The translations under genes and the position numbers were made by a program. A DNA stretch of 64,000 bases from Bacteriovoracaceae bacterium (GTDB lineage: Bacteria > Bdellovibrionota > Bacteriovoracia > Bacteriovoracales > Bacteriovoracaceae), in NCBI GenBank assembly GCA_048270185.1, contig JBLWTJ010000001.1, positions 896,001 to 960,000 of the forward strand, given 5' to 3'. A model generated the notes under the pieces. That model made no database searches. It was not told the origin of the DNA and was given only the letters and a program-made list of their open reading frames with translations. Each line of letters starts with the position of its first letter. Position 1 is the stretch's first letter. Positions 1-7,865 of the stretch are shown piece by piece.

Positions 1-144
1 GAAGACCATTGTTTTCAATTTAATTGTACTGTTGAATTTGGTGGAATTTTTGGAAGCACAATCAAAACCTACTATATAAAAGGTTACTATTTTGACAAAG
101 GAAATCTGAAGGGAGTTACAATTCAAAGCTTCAGAGAGGTATAA
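1..144 (+). CDS. 3' end of a probable MqsR/RelE-fold toxin (5' truncated by the window edge)
   Basis: Frame 1 is open from base 1: EDHCFQFNCTVEFGGIFGSTIKTYYIKGYYFDKGNLKGVTIQSFREV*. The ending YIK...VTIQSFRE resembles the MqsR C-terminus (YLK...VLIVSFKE). The next ATG is at 146 and its RBS (AGAGG) lies inside this gene. Confidence 0.55.
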   Translation, partial: EDHCFQFNCTVEFGGIFGSTIKTYYIKGYYFDKGNLKGVTIQSFREV

Positions 145-145
145 A

Positions 146-709
146 ATGGAAACAGTAGAAAGAGAATTTTTAGGACAAACATTTTCATATAAGACAGAAG
201 TTGATTCTGACGGCAAGGCTCTTTGGACAAAAGAGATCGATCACGATTTCTCTAAGTGGATCTACCATTTAAGAGATGAAAATAGAGAACTTTTTAAAGT
301 TCAATATTCCCTATCATCAAATAGCTATGATGTTCTTGAAAAACTCAAAGAACTAATCGGTGTATATGATGATAGCCTACTCGTTCGCGCTATTACGATT
401 ACATTTATAAATTTCATTGATACAAGAAACGGTCGCCCTATTCTAAAACGCTTAGGACAATATAAAGAATCAGGTGATTTAGAAATGTTAATGGCAGGCG
501 AAAGAATCAAGAAGAGTCTTTATTTCTCACCTGTTGGAATGAGAGATGTCGTAGCATATTCAAACCTTACAGGCTTTAAAAGATCGAAAGTTATTCAGAA
601 TGCACTATACTCAGTTCTTCTTATCTCAATTAATGAAGATGAAGAAATTAAGAAATTTTGGGAAGACTTAATCTTAGAGCAGATCACGACGATTGCTAAG
701 GCTGCTTAA
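146..709 (+). CDS. Probable antitoxin/DNA-binding protein: MqsA-like N-terminus without cysteines plus two RHH-like units
   Basis: The N-terminus EFLGQTFSY...LWTKEIDHDFSKW resembles the MqsA N-domain. Two strand-helix-G-helix segments follow (KVQYSLS..LIG..DDSLLVRAI and KKSLYFSP..LTG.KRSKVIQNAL). Confidence 0.5.
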   Translation: METVEREFLGQTFSYKTEVDSDGKALWTKEIDHDFSKWIYHLRDENRELFKVQYSLSSNSYDVLEKLKELIGVYDDSLLVRAITITFINFIDTRNGRPILKRLGQYKESGDLEMLMAGERIKKSLYFSPVGMRDVVAYSNLTGFKRSKVIQNALYSVLLISINEDEEIKKFWEDLILEQITTIAKAA

Positions 710-1668
710 TGAGTATTGTTAGAGGTAAAAGACTAATAGGCTTTCTAGACATCCTCGGTTTCTCGAAACGTATAGAAGATGAAAATATAGAAGACCTCTA
801 CAAACTCTTTAAAGCCCTCATAAATGAGGCTGACTCAAAAGTTTTTAACACACAAGGAGTTACCCCTAACGGTCAGATCAAAGATAATAAAAATTTCTTT
901 CTATCAGAGTTCATGTCTGATTCAATAGTACTAGTTTCAAATGAGCTTGTAGGCCCAAATGATACCGTTAAGTTTATATTTGGTTGTATTCACTTAATGG
1001 AGATTGCATTCTCTTTGAATTTTCCACTTAGAGGAACGATTGGATACGGTGATGTCTTACTAGATCTAGATAATAAAATAATGTTAAGTAAGCAATTTCC
1101 TCCTCTCGTAAAATGTGAAACGATACAAGATTGGAGTGGATGTTTCTTGTTTGATTCAGAGACTGAAGAAATCGTTTTAAAAGCGATCTATGGAGACAAC
1201 TGGAAAGCCCCACAGACAAAAAGATCATCTCCACTAATTCCATACAATGTACCTGTTAAAGTAAAGAATGATTTATTCAATAAGCCAAAACTGTGTTTAA
1301 ACTGGGTTCATTTAATAGGCCAAGATGATCTAAACACAGGATTAGAGTTCCTTAAGGGTACCAAAAAAGTTGAAACGCAAAAATTTATCGATATAGTGAG
1401 CAGTCTTATTGATGACTCATCTCCATTAGGACCAGAGCATCATCCAGCCATCTTAATGAGAACAATGATGTCGAGAGTTCAAATGCGTAGTTCTTTTCAG
1501 GATACAAATGGAAATCAAGCTGACCCAGGTGCAGATGTAGAGCTAGTATTTCAGCAGCCGGGAGATACCACTCAACACAAAATGATCCTCTATAAGCATA
1601 TACCGGGTCAAAAATTAAGATTTAAGTCTTGGTCTGAAAAGTTTTTGAAAAGCCAAAAGATACAATGA
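709..1668 (+). CDS. Class III (adenylate/guanylate) nucleotide cyclase-like protein
   Basis: Motifs FLDILGFS, FMSDSIVL (two metal-binding Asp), PLRGTIGYGD and E..QDWSGC. Start overlaps the upstream stop (TAATG). Confidence 0.7.
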   Translation: MSIVRGKRLIGFLDILGFSKRIEDENIEDLYKLFKALINEADSKVFNTQGVTPNGQIKDNKNFFLSEFMSDSIVLVSNELVGPNDTVKFIFGCIHLMEIAFSLNFPLRGTIGYGDVLLDLDNKIMLSKQFPPLVKCETIQDWSGCFLFDSETEEIVLKAIYGDNWKAPQTKRSSPLIPYNVPVKVKNDLFNKPKLCLNWVHLIGQDDLNTGLEFLKGTKKVETQKFIDIVSSLIDDSSPLGPEHHPAILMRTMMSRVQMRSSFQDTNGNQADPGADVELVFQQPGDTTQHKMILYKHIPGQKLRFKSWSEKFLKSQKIQ

Positions 1669-1695
1669 ATATTAAAAATACATTAGGAAGTAATT

Positions 1696-2424
1696 GTGCA
1701 TTGGAACACTAATTATATAAAGCAGAGATGTAACCAACTATACGTTAATCAACACTTTTCAAACTATGATACAACACTGTATCACTACACAAGTAAAAAC
1801 TCTGGTGAAAATATAATTAAGTCGAAAGAATTATGGTTAACAAAATACAACTTATCTAACGATAACCAAGAATTCAAGCATGGGCTTCAAATAATAAAGA
1901 CACAATTGAAAGAGATTATAGATAAAGATGAAAAGACAAAAGTAATATTTGAAAAACTCATTCCATTCCTTGAGGAAGAAAGTAAATCACCAAAAACACA
2001 CTTCTATATGATTTGTTTCTGTAGCACATCAAGAAATGAATACCTTAAACGAAACTACGCAAATGGCAAGAAAGGTCTTTGTCTAAATATAAAATTAGCA
2101 AGCGAAGACTTTAACAATCAGAAACCAATTTTATATAAAACAATTTACTCTATAAATAAATTTAAAAGAATACTAACTAAACTGCTCTATAACTATAGAA
2201 ATATGATAATATCTCATTTTGAAGAGTGGTCTAAATTACAAATCTATGATCAAGTAAATTCTGAATTTTTTGTTCTACTCATTAGAGATTTATTCATTCA
2301 TGCTTCAAGGTTGAAAAGACATAAATTTTCTGCTGAAAAAGAAATCAGACTTCTTGCATGGGGAGATATGCAAGATGAGAAATATATAATGAAGTTTGAA
2401 CATACATTGATTAAAAAAGCTTAA
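1696..2424 (+). CDS. DUF2971 domain protein
   Basis: LYHYTS..IIKSKELWLT....NDNQEF, ICFC, NYA..G.CL and K...F..EKEIR follow the DUF2971 pattern. Confidence 0.75.
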   Translation: MHWNTNYIKQRCNQLYVNQHFSNYDTTLYHYTSKNSGENIIKSKELWLTKYNLSNDNQEFKHGLQIIKTQLKEIIDKDEKTKVIFEKLIPFLEEESKSPKTHFYMICFCSTSRNEYLKRNYANGKKGLCLNIKLASEDFNNQKPILYKTIYSINKFKRILTKLLYNYRNMIISHFEEWSKLQIYDQVNSEFFVLLIRDLFIHASRLKRHKFSAEKEIRLLAWGDMQDEKYIMKFEHTLIKKA

Positions 2425-2514
2425 TTCTTCTCAACATGACCGGACGTGACTCACGTTCGCTCTGTTGTTAACGATCCTTACTTAACTTGTTGGATTAACT
2501 TGAACCAAGATAAG

Positions 2515-2527
2515 TCCACCATTTTTC
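2515..2527 (+). repeat. Copy 1 of TCCACCATTTTTC direct repeat (tRNA/tmRNA 3'-end-like att core candidate)
   Basis: An identical 13-mer occurs at 4285-4297. Both copies are preceded by GATAA(G). Confidence 0.5.
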
Positions 2528-2533
2528 TTTCTT

Positions 2534-2702
2534 ACAAGGTCCGTACCGGAGACATGGTTTACACTTTTCCCATGCCAAATGGATCCGTTATTGCTTCCAC
2601 CTTTCTACTCTTATCGTCAAAATATCCCAAATCATAATCTAAAAAACTAACTGCCCAAATTCCATCCTCCATTTCTTTAATTCCTACCTCTACTCCAGCA
2701 AA
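2534..2702 (-). mobile_element. IS481-family remnant (transposase C-terminus plus element end)
   Basis: Minus strand 2702-2559 reads FAGVEVGIKEMEDGIWAVSFLDYDLGYFDDKSRKVEAITDPFGMGKV*, a typical IS481 transposase tail. It runs into TGTAAACCATGTCTCCGGTACGGACC, resembling IS481 terminal sequence. Confidence 0.8.
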
Positions 2703-2761
2703 TGAAAACAATATATAGAGTTTAATTATGACATTCTGACATTTTCTATAGAAAATACAGA

Positions 2762-2796
2762 AACTAAAAGGCCCTGTTTAACAGGGCCTTTTAGTT
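2762..2796. terminator. Bidirectional intrinsic terminator
   Basis: 17-bp inverted repeat AACTAAAAGGCCCTGTT / AACAGGGCCTTTTAGTT just past the stop of the 2802-3221 gene. Confidence 0.8.
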
Positions 2797-2801
2797 AGAT
2801 T

Positions 2802-3221
2802 TTATTTTGTTGTAAGACAGTCAAACTTCTTTTGTGAAACTAGCTCATTATCTCTAAGTGTTGTAATGACAATTTTTAACCCATCCTCAAGCTTCACGTA
2901 ATCTCTAATAATTTCAATAGCATTCTTATTTTGATACTTACCAGCAAAAACTTCTGTTAGAGTATCCTGTGAGCAGCTCCCCATCGTGTATGCATTCACG
3001 TAATGTCTAGTCGTAAACTCTAACTCTCTTTTAAGTCCATCAGTAAAAACACGATCAGTATAAAATGAGAAGTGGACATCAAATGCATGAGCACCATCAA
3101 CTTCAACTTCTTCAAAGTTCACATTAAAGTCGGCATAGTTATTTTCACAAAGATATTGTGAGTCAAATTGAGGACATGCAAATACTGCAGTACTCATCAA
3201 CAGAATTAGAATAGCTTTCAT
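2802..3221 (-). CDS. Secreted hypothetical protein
   Basis: Signal peptide MKAILILLMSTAVFA, Cys residues, and a G-rich RBS. Confidence 0.75.
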   Translation of the reverse strand: MKAILILLMSTAVFACPQFDSQYLCENNYADFNVNFEEVEVDGAHAFDVHFSFYTDRVFTDGLKRELEFTTRHYVNAYTMGSCSQDTLTEVFAGKYQNKNAIEIIRDYVKLEDGLKIVITTLRDNELVSQKKFDCLTTK

Positions 3222-3424
3222 TTTTCCCCCTAAGAAAATTACTCAACTATTATGAGCAATCAAATATCATAGGTCAAATAGTGAAAACTTAGCAATGCGT
3301 TACGATAAATCAACAATTTATATAAGGAAGAAGTAAAAGAGTATCGACGTACCCTTTAACCATTACCGGAAGTACTCGGTAGCTTACGAGTGTAATAAGT
3401 TCATATTCATATAAACCGTTTGCA

Positions 3425-3455
3425 TGTGCGTACGCAATCGTGTACCCTGTACTTA
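3425..3455. promoter_or_regulatory. Probable autoregulatory operator of the Phd/YefM module
   Basis: Palindrome TGCGTACGCA plus repeated GTAC cores just upstream of the RBS (GGAGG). Phd-family operators are commonly GTAC-centred. Confidence 0.4.
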
Positions 3456-3466
3456 CGGAGGTTAAT

Positions 3467-3778
3467 ATGACCGAAAATACAAACTCAAGAAATTTTAGAA
3501 CAAAACTAAGTGAGTTTTTTGATAAAGCACGTAAGTCACCAATCGCAATCACAAGAGGAAATGATCGCTATATTCTTGTTAGCGAAGAAGAGTATCTTTC
3601 TCTTAAAGACGAAGTGATGTCATTGCAAAAAAACCTAATCTCAATGATGCAAGTAAATGAAGGAAACTCAAAAACTTTCAATAATGCTGAAGAGAGTATC
3701 GACTCTTTATTTGATGAAATCAAAGAAGAGAAATACAATGATGGGGTTAAAGATAAAAAGAAATATGCTGTAGGATAA
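3467..3778 (+). CDS. Phd/YefM-family antitoxin
   Basis: NSRNFRTKLSEFFDKARKSPIAITRG..YILVSEEEY is the Phd/YefM N-terminal pattern. RBS GGAGG precedes ATG 3467. Confidence 0.85.
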   Translation: MTENTNSRNFRTKLSEFFDKARKSPIAITRGNDRYILVSEEEYLSLKDEVMSLQKNLISMMQVNEGNSKTFNNAEESIDSLFDEIKEEKYNDGVKDKKKYAVG

Positions 3779-3782
3779 AGAC

Positions 3783-4193
3783 TTGCCAATACAAATTGTA
3801 CGAACTGATAACTTCAAGGACGATATTTAAGAATTACTAGCTTTTGTTTTTCAAAGGGCACTTGATAATTCAGAACCACCTCAAGAAGCAGAAGACAAGT
3901 TTCGTGACAATCTACAGACAGAGCTGAGAAAGAAAGTTTCACAAATACATGGACTGCCTTTTTCTTATGAGGCATATGACAAGAAAAAGAATCCTGTTAG
4001 AAAATGTCCTCTGATGAATGGTGATCTTGTCCTTGAATATCTAATTGGCCCAACAACGGCCGAAGAAAGAACCCAAGTAAAATCAATCTATCTAACAGCT
4101 ATACTTCCAACTCGATCAGGAAAGTATGCTGGCGCATATAATACAATACCTACAGTAAGTATCGACGATCTTATTGAAGAGTATAATATTTAA
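3783..4193 (+). pseudogene. RelE/ParE-like toxin with a premature stop
   Basis: TTG 3783 gives MPIQIVRTDNFKDDI* (TAA 3828-3830), then the same frame continues ELLAFVFQ...LPFSYEAY...VRKCPLMNGDLVLEYLI...IYLTAILPTR to TAA 4191-4193. It has the ParE/RelE pattern and sits directly after the antitoxin. Confidence 0.75.
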
Positions 4194-4268
4194 AAGTCTC
4201 TCTAAATCTTCTCAAGTCTCTGTGGTTGGCTTGAACTAACTAAAATAATTTGTAAGTTATAGGGATTA

Positions 4269-4297
4269 TTCGATTCACGGATAATCCACCATTTTTC
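4269..4297 (+). repeat. tRNA/tmRNA 3'-end-like segment (copy 2 of TCCACCATTTTTC), candidate att site
   Basis: TTCGATT + CACGG (5 nt) + ATAATCC (7 nt) + A + CCA has exact T-loop/T-stem/acceptor/CCA spacing. No 5' half of a tRNA is present. Confidence 0.5.
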
Positions 4298-4300
4298 GTA

Positions 4301-4325
4301 AGGCTTTTTTGAAAGGCCTTTTTTT
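4301..4325 (+). terminator. Intrinsic terminator
   Basis: AGGCTTTT..GAAAGGCCT hairpin followed by a T-run. Confidence 0.6.
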
Positions 4326-4579
4326 ACGCCCAAAATCTTAAAAGACATCGTTAACAACATTCTAAACACTTATGAATTCAATTACTTGGTATCTGGTGTT
4401 TGATCTCTTCTTCCGTTGTTCCAAATCTGGCTACGCCGATTAGCCTCCCTTTCATGCACTGTCACAAAATTAGCCTTTGGTTTGTAACCATCTAAATTCC
4501 TTGAGCAATTTCACTGGCGTCCCGCTGGCCAGCTAGGCTAATCCAGCAAATCGCCTTAACAACTTTAAGGAGAACTGAA

Positions 4580-4759
4580 ATGACAAAACCTAAATCAAAG
4601 CAAAACGCAAAGAAAGCAATTACTTCCGATCACCTCGCCCTTAGAGAGTTGAGGCTTGAGTGTGGCATGACGCTTAAAGAAGCTGGTGCAAAGTATGGCC
4701 TATCGGTAGTACTCGGTAGACAGTGGAAGACTTTAATTTATGCATTACGAGAATGTTAA
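4580..4759 (+). pseudogene. Truncated XRE-family helix-turn-helix regulator
   Basis: Strong RBS AAGGAG. LALRELRLECGMTLKEAGAKYGLS is an XRE HTH start, after which the similarity is lost (59 aa). Confidence 0.55.
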
Positions 4760-4905
4760 GTTAGCATTTTGGCATGCGGGCTACTTTGCCTTTGCTGTTT
4801 GTTCATTCTTCTTATATAAATTTATAAAGTTCACAAAAGATTATAAGAATGGAATTGCTGCACTAGAGAATAGTCCAAACCATGTACTTGCGGCATAATA
4901 AAAAC

Positions 4906-5115
4906 ATGTCGAGAAACAAGAATAAGAAAAAGAATAAAGAAGTAAAACACCAATATCGCATCCTACATGATGAGGCCGTCAGAAATGGTGAAGATTACTA
5001 TCGCGATCCAGTTACTGGTGGTCTTGTCTCAACTGAACCTCGTCTAAAAAGAATGAGAAAGTGCTGTAAAGATGGCTGCCGCCACTGCCCTTGGGGATTC
5101 AAAAAAAGAAACTAG
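4906..5115 (+). CDS. DUF5522-family small Cys-rich protein
   Basis: DYYRDPVTGGLVSTE..LKRMRKCCKDGCRHCPW. Confidence 0.8.
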   Translation: MSRNKNKKKNKEVKHQYRILHDEAVRNGEDYYRDPVTGGLVSTEPRLKRMRKCCKDGCRHCPWGFKKRN

Positions 5116-5333
5116 TTCAGCTTTCTTATTCGTTAAAGATAAGTCCTAGCGTCTCGCTCGGGAAACATAATTTTCACAATCTCTTTGCATAAAATCAACT
5201 CACTTCTAACGATTAGAAATTCTCCTATGGCTATAATTATAAAAAAGAGATCGTACTCTTTGGAAAACATAACTAGGAGAAAAATATGTGCTTGAAAAAT
5301 GTAACAAAAAAATTAACTCAATCAATCATTACG

Positions 5334-5361
5334 GGGTCAGTTTAACTGGCCCTTTTTTTTT
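5334..5361 (+). terminator. Intrinsic terminator
   Basis: GGGTCAG..CTGGCCC stem followed by T9. Confidence 0.7.
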
Positions 5362-5602
5362 ACCTCGAATTATACCCATTACGCGGACAATACGGCAGTG
5401 ATAAGTGCAAGTGATGTTGATGGTTGTGATCTTCGTGACCGATTGAACCTTTAAATGATTGAGTTTCACCATTTTGTGTTAGCCTAACTTCTCTAACATC
5501 AATGGCGCGATTTACTGAATGATAGCTGCGATTTGTATGACGAGTGTCTCCTGTAATACCTGCATGTGAAAAAGAGATTTTCTCAATTGTCTCTTCTCCC
5601 CT
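5360..5602 (-). pseudogene. C-terminal fragment of an extensin-like/M15-type (LAS) metallopeptidase
   Basis: Minus frame GEETIEKISFSHAGITGDTRHTNRSYHSVNRAIDVREV...GSIGHEDHNHQHHLHLSLPYCPRNGYNSR* contains H-x6-D and HxH motifs. No start codon. Confidence 0.6.
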
Positions 5603-5604
5603 AT

Positions 5605-5906
5605 CGGAAGTTCTCTAAGGTCGAATTAGTGGATTACGCTAACCTACTTCACCTAGGAGATCATTTTGGTATTGTAGAAGTCTACGTCGGACATGATCAC
5701 TGGTTTGAAGACAAGAATGTGCGTGAATTATCTCTGCCCCGAGAAGGACTCATCATCCAAAGGACTATATTATAAGTTCTGGGGATACTGTCATCCTCTA
5801 TGGCCGTGCTGATATGCTAACTGAAATTAGTACCCGTACAAAAGAAGTAGGCGAAGAAGAGCGTGAAAAAAAAGAAGAAGAAGTCCAAGAGCATCGAGCA
5901 AATTAA
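5605..5906 (+). pseudogene. TrkA-C (RCK C-terminal) domain protein fragment, frameshifted
   Basis: VDYANLLHLGDHFGIVEVYV..DHWFEDKNVRELSLPREGLII continues in another frame as DYIISSGDTVILYGRADML...EHRAN*. The usual linking segment is missing. Confidence 0.65.
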
Positions 5907-5909
5907 GGA

Positions 5910-7865
5910 CTACTTTAACTGACTAGCAAATAGTTTTTCGACCTCACTAATAACCGAATCATTTACTTGATTCATATCAATATCAAAGCTCTGTGCATTA
6001 TTCTCAATGGCCTTCTTAATCTCCTCAAGACGACATTCTTTCTTCTTAAAGAATTTCTTCTTACACTTTTTGGATTTAAAGGCATCTGTTAGTAAATCAA
6101 CCATTTTGTGAGCATCGGCCTTAACGTTAGGGCTTTTATAATATTGATCGACAAGAGAATACTCTGTATATTGATCACCAGCATAACGCTTATTGGATTT
6201 TAAACTCTCTCTTATTCCCTTTCCGCAGTAGACGCTGGACTTAGTATCCCACATCTCTTTGAGTGGTTCTTTTTTAAAAGAGAAAACTTCAGTAAGGCAG
6301 GTAATAATTCCGGTACCACCGAACACAGCTTTTGCCACTTTTGCATTCACTACTGGCTTTACTTGCATACTATCTTTTAATACTTCTGGTTTTATACCTG
6401 AAAGTTGTGCGAGCTGCTTTGTTGCTTCACTTGAATAACAAGAGTCGGTAATTGACTTTTCTTGAATACATTTATCTTCAACTTTTTGCCAATCAACTTT
6501 TTTCACTCCATCGATAAGCATTGAAGTATATTTCTCAACTTGCTTACTTGAGTCTGACTTAGCTAATTTCTTTAAGGACTCCATCCCTCCGCGATAACAA
6601 AGGTCTTTATTTGAATAAGTATCAGTATGGTCAACAGCATCAGCAACAAGCTCACTTATACACTTATCATCAATGATAATATTTGGAATACGAGATAATC
6701 TTACGTTATTGGTTTCAATTGAACTCATTAGTAAGTGTTCTTTATTTGTGTATAAACTGAAACCAGGCTTACTTGAAATACACTTATCTGTACTTGCGAT
6801 ATTAACTTTAAATGGATTAGTAAATTCTTTCCCGTTAAAAATATTCTTTTTGAAATAAGAAAAGTGTTTCGGGCATTGTTTTTTTATTTGTTCTGGAAAT
6901 AAAATATACCAAGAAATCATTTCAGCATATTCTTCAGTTGGATCAGTTTTACCATACTCTGTAACAGAACATCCTTTTGAATCTCTAGTCCATATATCTG
7001 TATCAATACTTATTGAACCTATCTTCTTCTTACCTTTTGTAAGTTTCCAATTATTTAATTTATAATAGGGATCTTTCTCACTAAGTTTTTTTCCTTTCAG
7101 ATCTATACCGATTGCCATAAAGTCATGATGATGAGCTGTCTCATGAACAATTGTATGAAAAGTATCATCGATGGAACGATTCAATGAACGATGAGTAAAA
7201 GTGATACTCCCTTGATTCTTAGAATACTTCGTTTCATATGACGGTTTGGCCCAAGCGAGGGTACCGGCTTCAAGAGTGTACCCTTCAGGAAGAGCATACA
7301 TCTTCTTTAGTCCTTTAAGTCCTATTAGCTCCTTAGGCATCATTTCCATCGCCGTGCCTAATTTTCGAAGATCTTCTTTACTCCAAATATACTCATCACC
7401 TTTTTGAAATGGTCCATTTGATTGGCTAGCACTTACTGTATATCCAGTTTTCTTTGTTATACTTGCCGCTCTCATGGCCGCTTCTTTGTCTTTAAATGTT
7501 GCCTCAAGTAAACATATGGCCGTCTTACAACTCTTGGCCTTTTCTTTAAACCAAGTTGGAGTGAAATTCTTGTCTTTATCAGCGTTACTTAAAATACTCT
7601 CAGTCACATCAAGTAATGCCTTTGGTCCACTGACATTAATACCTGCGATATTTCTTTTTTGAACTGATTTATTAGGAAATAATTTATCAAATTCATTCTT
7701 TGCATCAGAGAAGTACTTACTTTCTTCACAAGTAAATATCTTTCCAGTAATACTATCAATATCTGATGAAAACCCATGAAAGTGATCATGAGCGTGTGGT
7801 TCATAGCATGATGGATCTTGAGCAAAAGATGATAATGTTAGTAAGGCAATGAATAATGACTTCAC
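5910..7865 (-). CDS. Secreted zincin-type metallopeptidase-like protein
   Basis: Signal peptide, HETAHH (HExxH), and downstream VTEYGKTDPTEEYAE with the third-ligand Glu pattern. Confidence 0.7.
   Translation of the reverse strand: MKSLFIALLTLSSFAQDPSCYEPHAHDHFHGFSSDIDSITGKIFTCEESKYFSDAKNEFDKLFPNKSVQKRNIAGINVSGPKALLDVTESILSNADKDKNFTPTWFKEKAKSCKTAICLLEATFKDKEAAMRAASITKKTGYTVSASQSNGPFQKGDEYIWSKEDLRKLGTAMEMMPKELIGLKGLKKMYALPEGYTLEAGTLAWAKPSYETKYSKNQGSITFTHRSLNRSIDDTFHTIVHETAHHHDFMAIGIDLKGKKLSEKDPYYKLNNWKLTKGKKKIGSISIDTDIWTRDSKGCSVTEYGKTDPTEEYAEMISWYILFPEQIKKQCPKHFSYFKKNIFNGKEFTNPFKVNIASTDKCISSKPGFSLYTNKEHLLMSSIETNNVRLSRIPNIIIDDKCISELVADAVDHTDTYSNKDLCYRGGMESLKKLAKSDSSKQVEKYTSMLIDGVKKVDWQKVEDKCIQEKSITDSCYSSEATKQLAQLSGIKPEVLKDSMQVKPVVNAKVAKAVFGGTGIITCLTEVFSFKKEPLKEMWDTKSSVYCGKGIRESLKSNKRYAGDQYTEYSLVDQYYKSPNVKADAHKMVDLLTDAFKSKKCKKKFFKKKECRLEEIKKAIENNAQSFDIDMNQVNDSVISEVEKLFASQLK

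Noticed and set aside
2446..2637. 63-aa plus-strand ORF
   Set aside because: It spans the att-like repeat and is antisense to the IS481 fragment.
3310..3789. Minus-strand ORFs 3310-3552 and 3568-3789 as type I toxin or antisense genes
   Set aside because: They are shadows of the antitoxin gene and its promoter, with no convincing RBS.
4263..4297. Complete tRNA gene
   Set aside because: Only a T-loop-to-CCA segment is present, with no D or anticodon arm.
3371..4719. 12-bp repeat AGTACTCGGTAG at 3371 and 4708
   Set aside because: A single 12-mer match is expected by chance at this scale, and there is no other support.
5566..5775. 69-aa ORF as an intact gene
   Set aside because: It is a chimera of antisense peptidase sequence and a TrkA-C fragment.
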